A DNA stretch of 54,517 nt, filler included, from Sphacelaria rigidula (lineage: Eukaryota): the NCBI GenBank assembly GCA_964200075.2. It is 4 parts of 4 records of this genome, joined end to end, with 100 filler letters (N's around TTAATTAATTAA, not from the genome) between each part and the next. Parts side by side here need not be neighbours in the genome. Positions count along the whole stretch, not along the records: positions 40,965 to 54,517 come from CAXNAA020002807.1; 3 more parts are not named here. One strand, written 5' to 3'. Position numbers and translations under genes: made by a program. Below are positions 53,427 through 54,517 of this stretch, in pieces. The notes beneath the pieces are model-generated. The model did no database searches. It was not told where the DNA came from and saw nothing but the letters and a program-made list of their open reading frames with translations. How positions within the stretch are numbered: position 1 is the stretch's first letter; each line of letters opens with the position of its first letter.

Positions 53427-53955
53427 CTAACGAGACAAAGTCTGTTGTCGTTCACGAGACCTAGGGGTGTTAGCGCAGGGGGCAGCGTAAGACTGCGAAG
53501 ACCCAGAAGAATATGGGGTGCCACGAATTGCAGGCGTCAGATTATTTTGTTGTTCTACAAACGCAGTCCACAAAGCGTCTACAGAGACGTAAGGCACCTC
53601 TTTGTGCGCCGAGGCACCCGGAAACAATGATGGCATCAACGTAGGGAACTGCTAGGCGATGCTGTTCCGTACGTATGTCTGACACATTGCGTCACTAGGC
53701 CCGTTTTGCCGGCCAGTACCAGTGACACTAGAAACCAAGAGCTTGAACTCGCGTAGGTAATCGGAGAAGGGCACATCGAAGGCTACTGAGAACGAGCTGA
53801 GGCGCTTGATAGCGCCAGCTTGGTCGCTTTTATTAAAGTACCCGATCAAATGTCTCTCCAAATCAACAAACAAAAGCGACGCTGCCTTCCCGTTGGAACA
53901 ATCCAAATCCATGGCGGCGAAGAAGCTGTCGAGGATCTGTAGTAAAGATACAGCG

Positions 53956-54208
53956 GAGTGATGCTACGGTAGGGTTGCACTTTTCGAGCGAACATGTTTC
54001 TCGGGGTGTTACACGGATCATTTCAAGAATGGGTATCATTTTCACTTGAAAAGGATTAAAAATGATGTCCATTCACAAAAAGGCCCCTGCGTGCATCTCC
54101 ATGTCTTGTCCCCGGAGATTTGGGTTGTGCAGTAAGCAGCATATATTTGGGCTCCTACCAAAACGAGACTCAGAAACAAAAGTTGCAACCCCTACCGTAG
54201 CATTGCTC
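53956..54208. mobile_element. Sola2-like MITE, subfamily A1 (253 bp), in gag
   Basis: GAGTGATGCTACGGTAGGGTTGCAC ... GCAACCCCTACCGTAGCATTGCTC; AGCG TSD; removal restores the gag frame. Confidence 0.88.
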
Positions 54209-54366
54209 AGCGGCGTCATGCGAACGGCGGCTGATTGAGCGGTACAGGGCTTTGTGCAAGGGAGTCTGCCAAGCATCGACCCAATCAGAGTTTTGAAAAC
54301 ATTGCTGACCAGTGGCATCGGCTAGCTCGAGGATATTCTTTATGGTGCGGCGCATAGATAATATAA

Positions 54367-54517
54367 GAGTCATCCTACGATAACGGGGGGGAGTATTCGG
54401 TTGCACGAAAAAAGAGGCTCATGAGTGTGTCAGACATCCTTCCACACTTGCGTTGCGCGTGTATTTGGTTCCAAACGGTGTCAGGCAGTAGCGATGAGCG
54501 TTATTAATCCACAACAA
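54367..54517. mobile_element. Sola2-like MITE, subfamily A3, cut by the contig end
   Basis: Starts GAGTCATCCTACGATA; matches the reverse complement of 46040-46188. Confidence 0.8.

Larger units (their letters stand above)
42363..54366 (-). mobile_element. Degenerate Ty3/gypsy (chromovirus-like) LTR retrotransposon; host of nested insertions
   Basis: Domain order gag-PR-RT-RH-IN on the minus strand with many stops and frameshifts; its own LTRs were not confidently located. Confidence 0.93.
52700..54366 (-). pseudogene. gag of the host gypsy element, interrupted by MITEs
   Basis: Removing MITE 53956-54208 gives in-frame RSISRRSHDAAVSLLQILDSFFAAMDLDC...PFSDYLREFKLLVSSV...; a degenerate knuckle-like NCNGQGHKC lies near 52950. 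Confidence 0.7.

Overview
Eukaryotic, repeat-rich DNA, most consistent with a brown alga (Phaeophyceae, Ectocarpus-like). That assignment comes from recalled TE and protein motifs, not from a search. The window is not one locus. It is four size-sorted contigs (13555, 13555, 13554, 13553 bp) joined by 100-bp N-TTAATTAATTAA-N spacers. Contig 1 (1-13555) holds decayed coding-like DNA of unknown identity, MITEs, a tRNA-derived SINE and a tandem TIR-unit array. Contig 2 (13656-27210) holds a two-exon gene for a secreted Cys-rich, probably GPI-anchored protein with a ~5-kb repeat-filled intron, plus a LINE fragment. Contig 3 (27311-40864) holds an intronless ankyrin-repeat gene among repeats. Contig 4 (40965-54517) is a decayed minus-strand Ty3/gypsy element (gag-PR-RT-RH-IN) whose integrase tail has a chromo-like and a Tudor/PWWP-like module. 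It is interrupted by five MITEs and by a 3.35-kb non-autonomous LTR element with a palindrome instead of a tRNA primer-binding site. Three Sola2-like MITE families (GAG...CTC ends, 4-bp TSD) converge on 253-260 bp. No CRISPR array, rRNA or true tRNA gene was seen.
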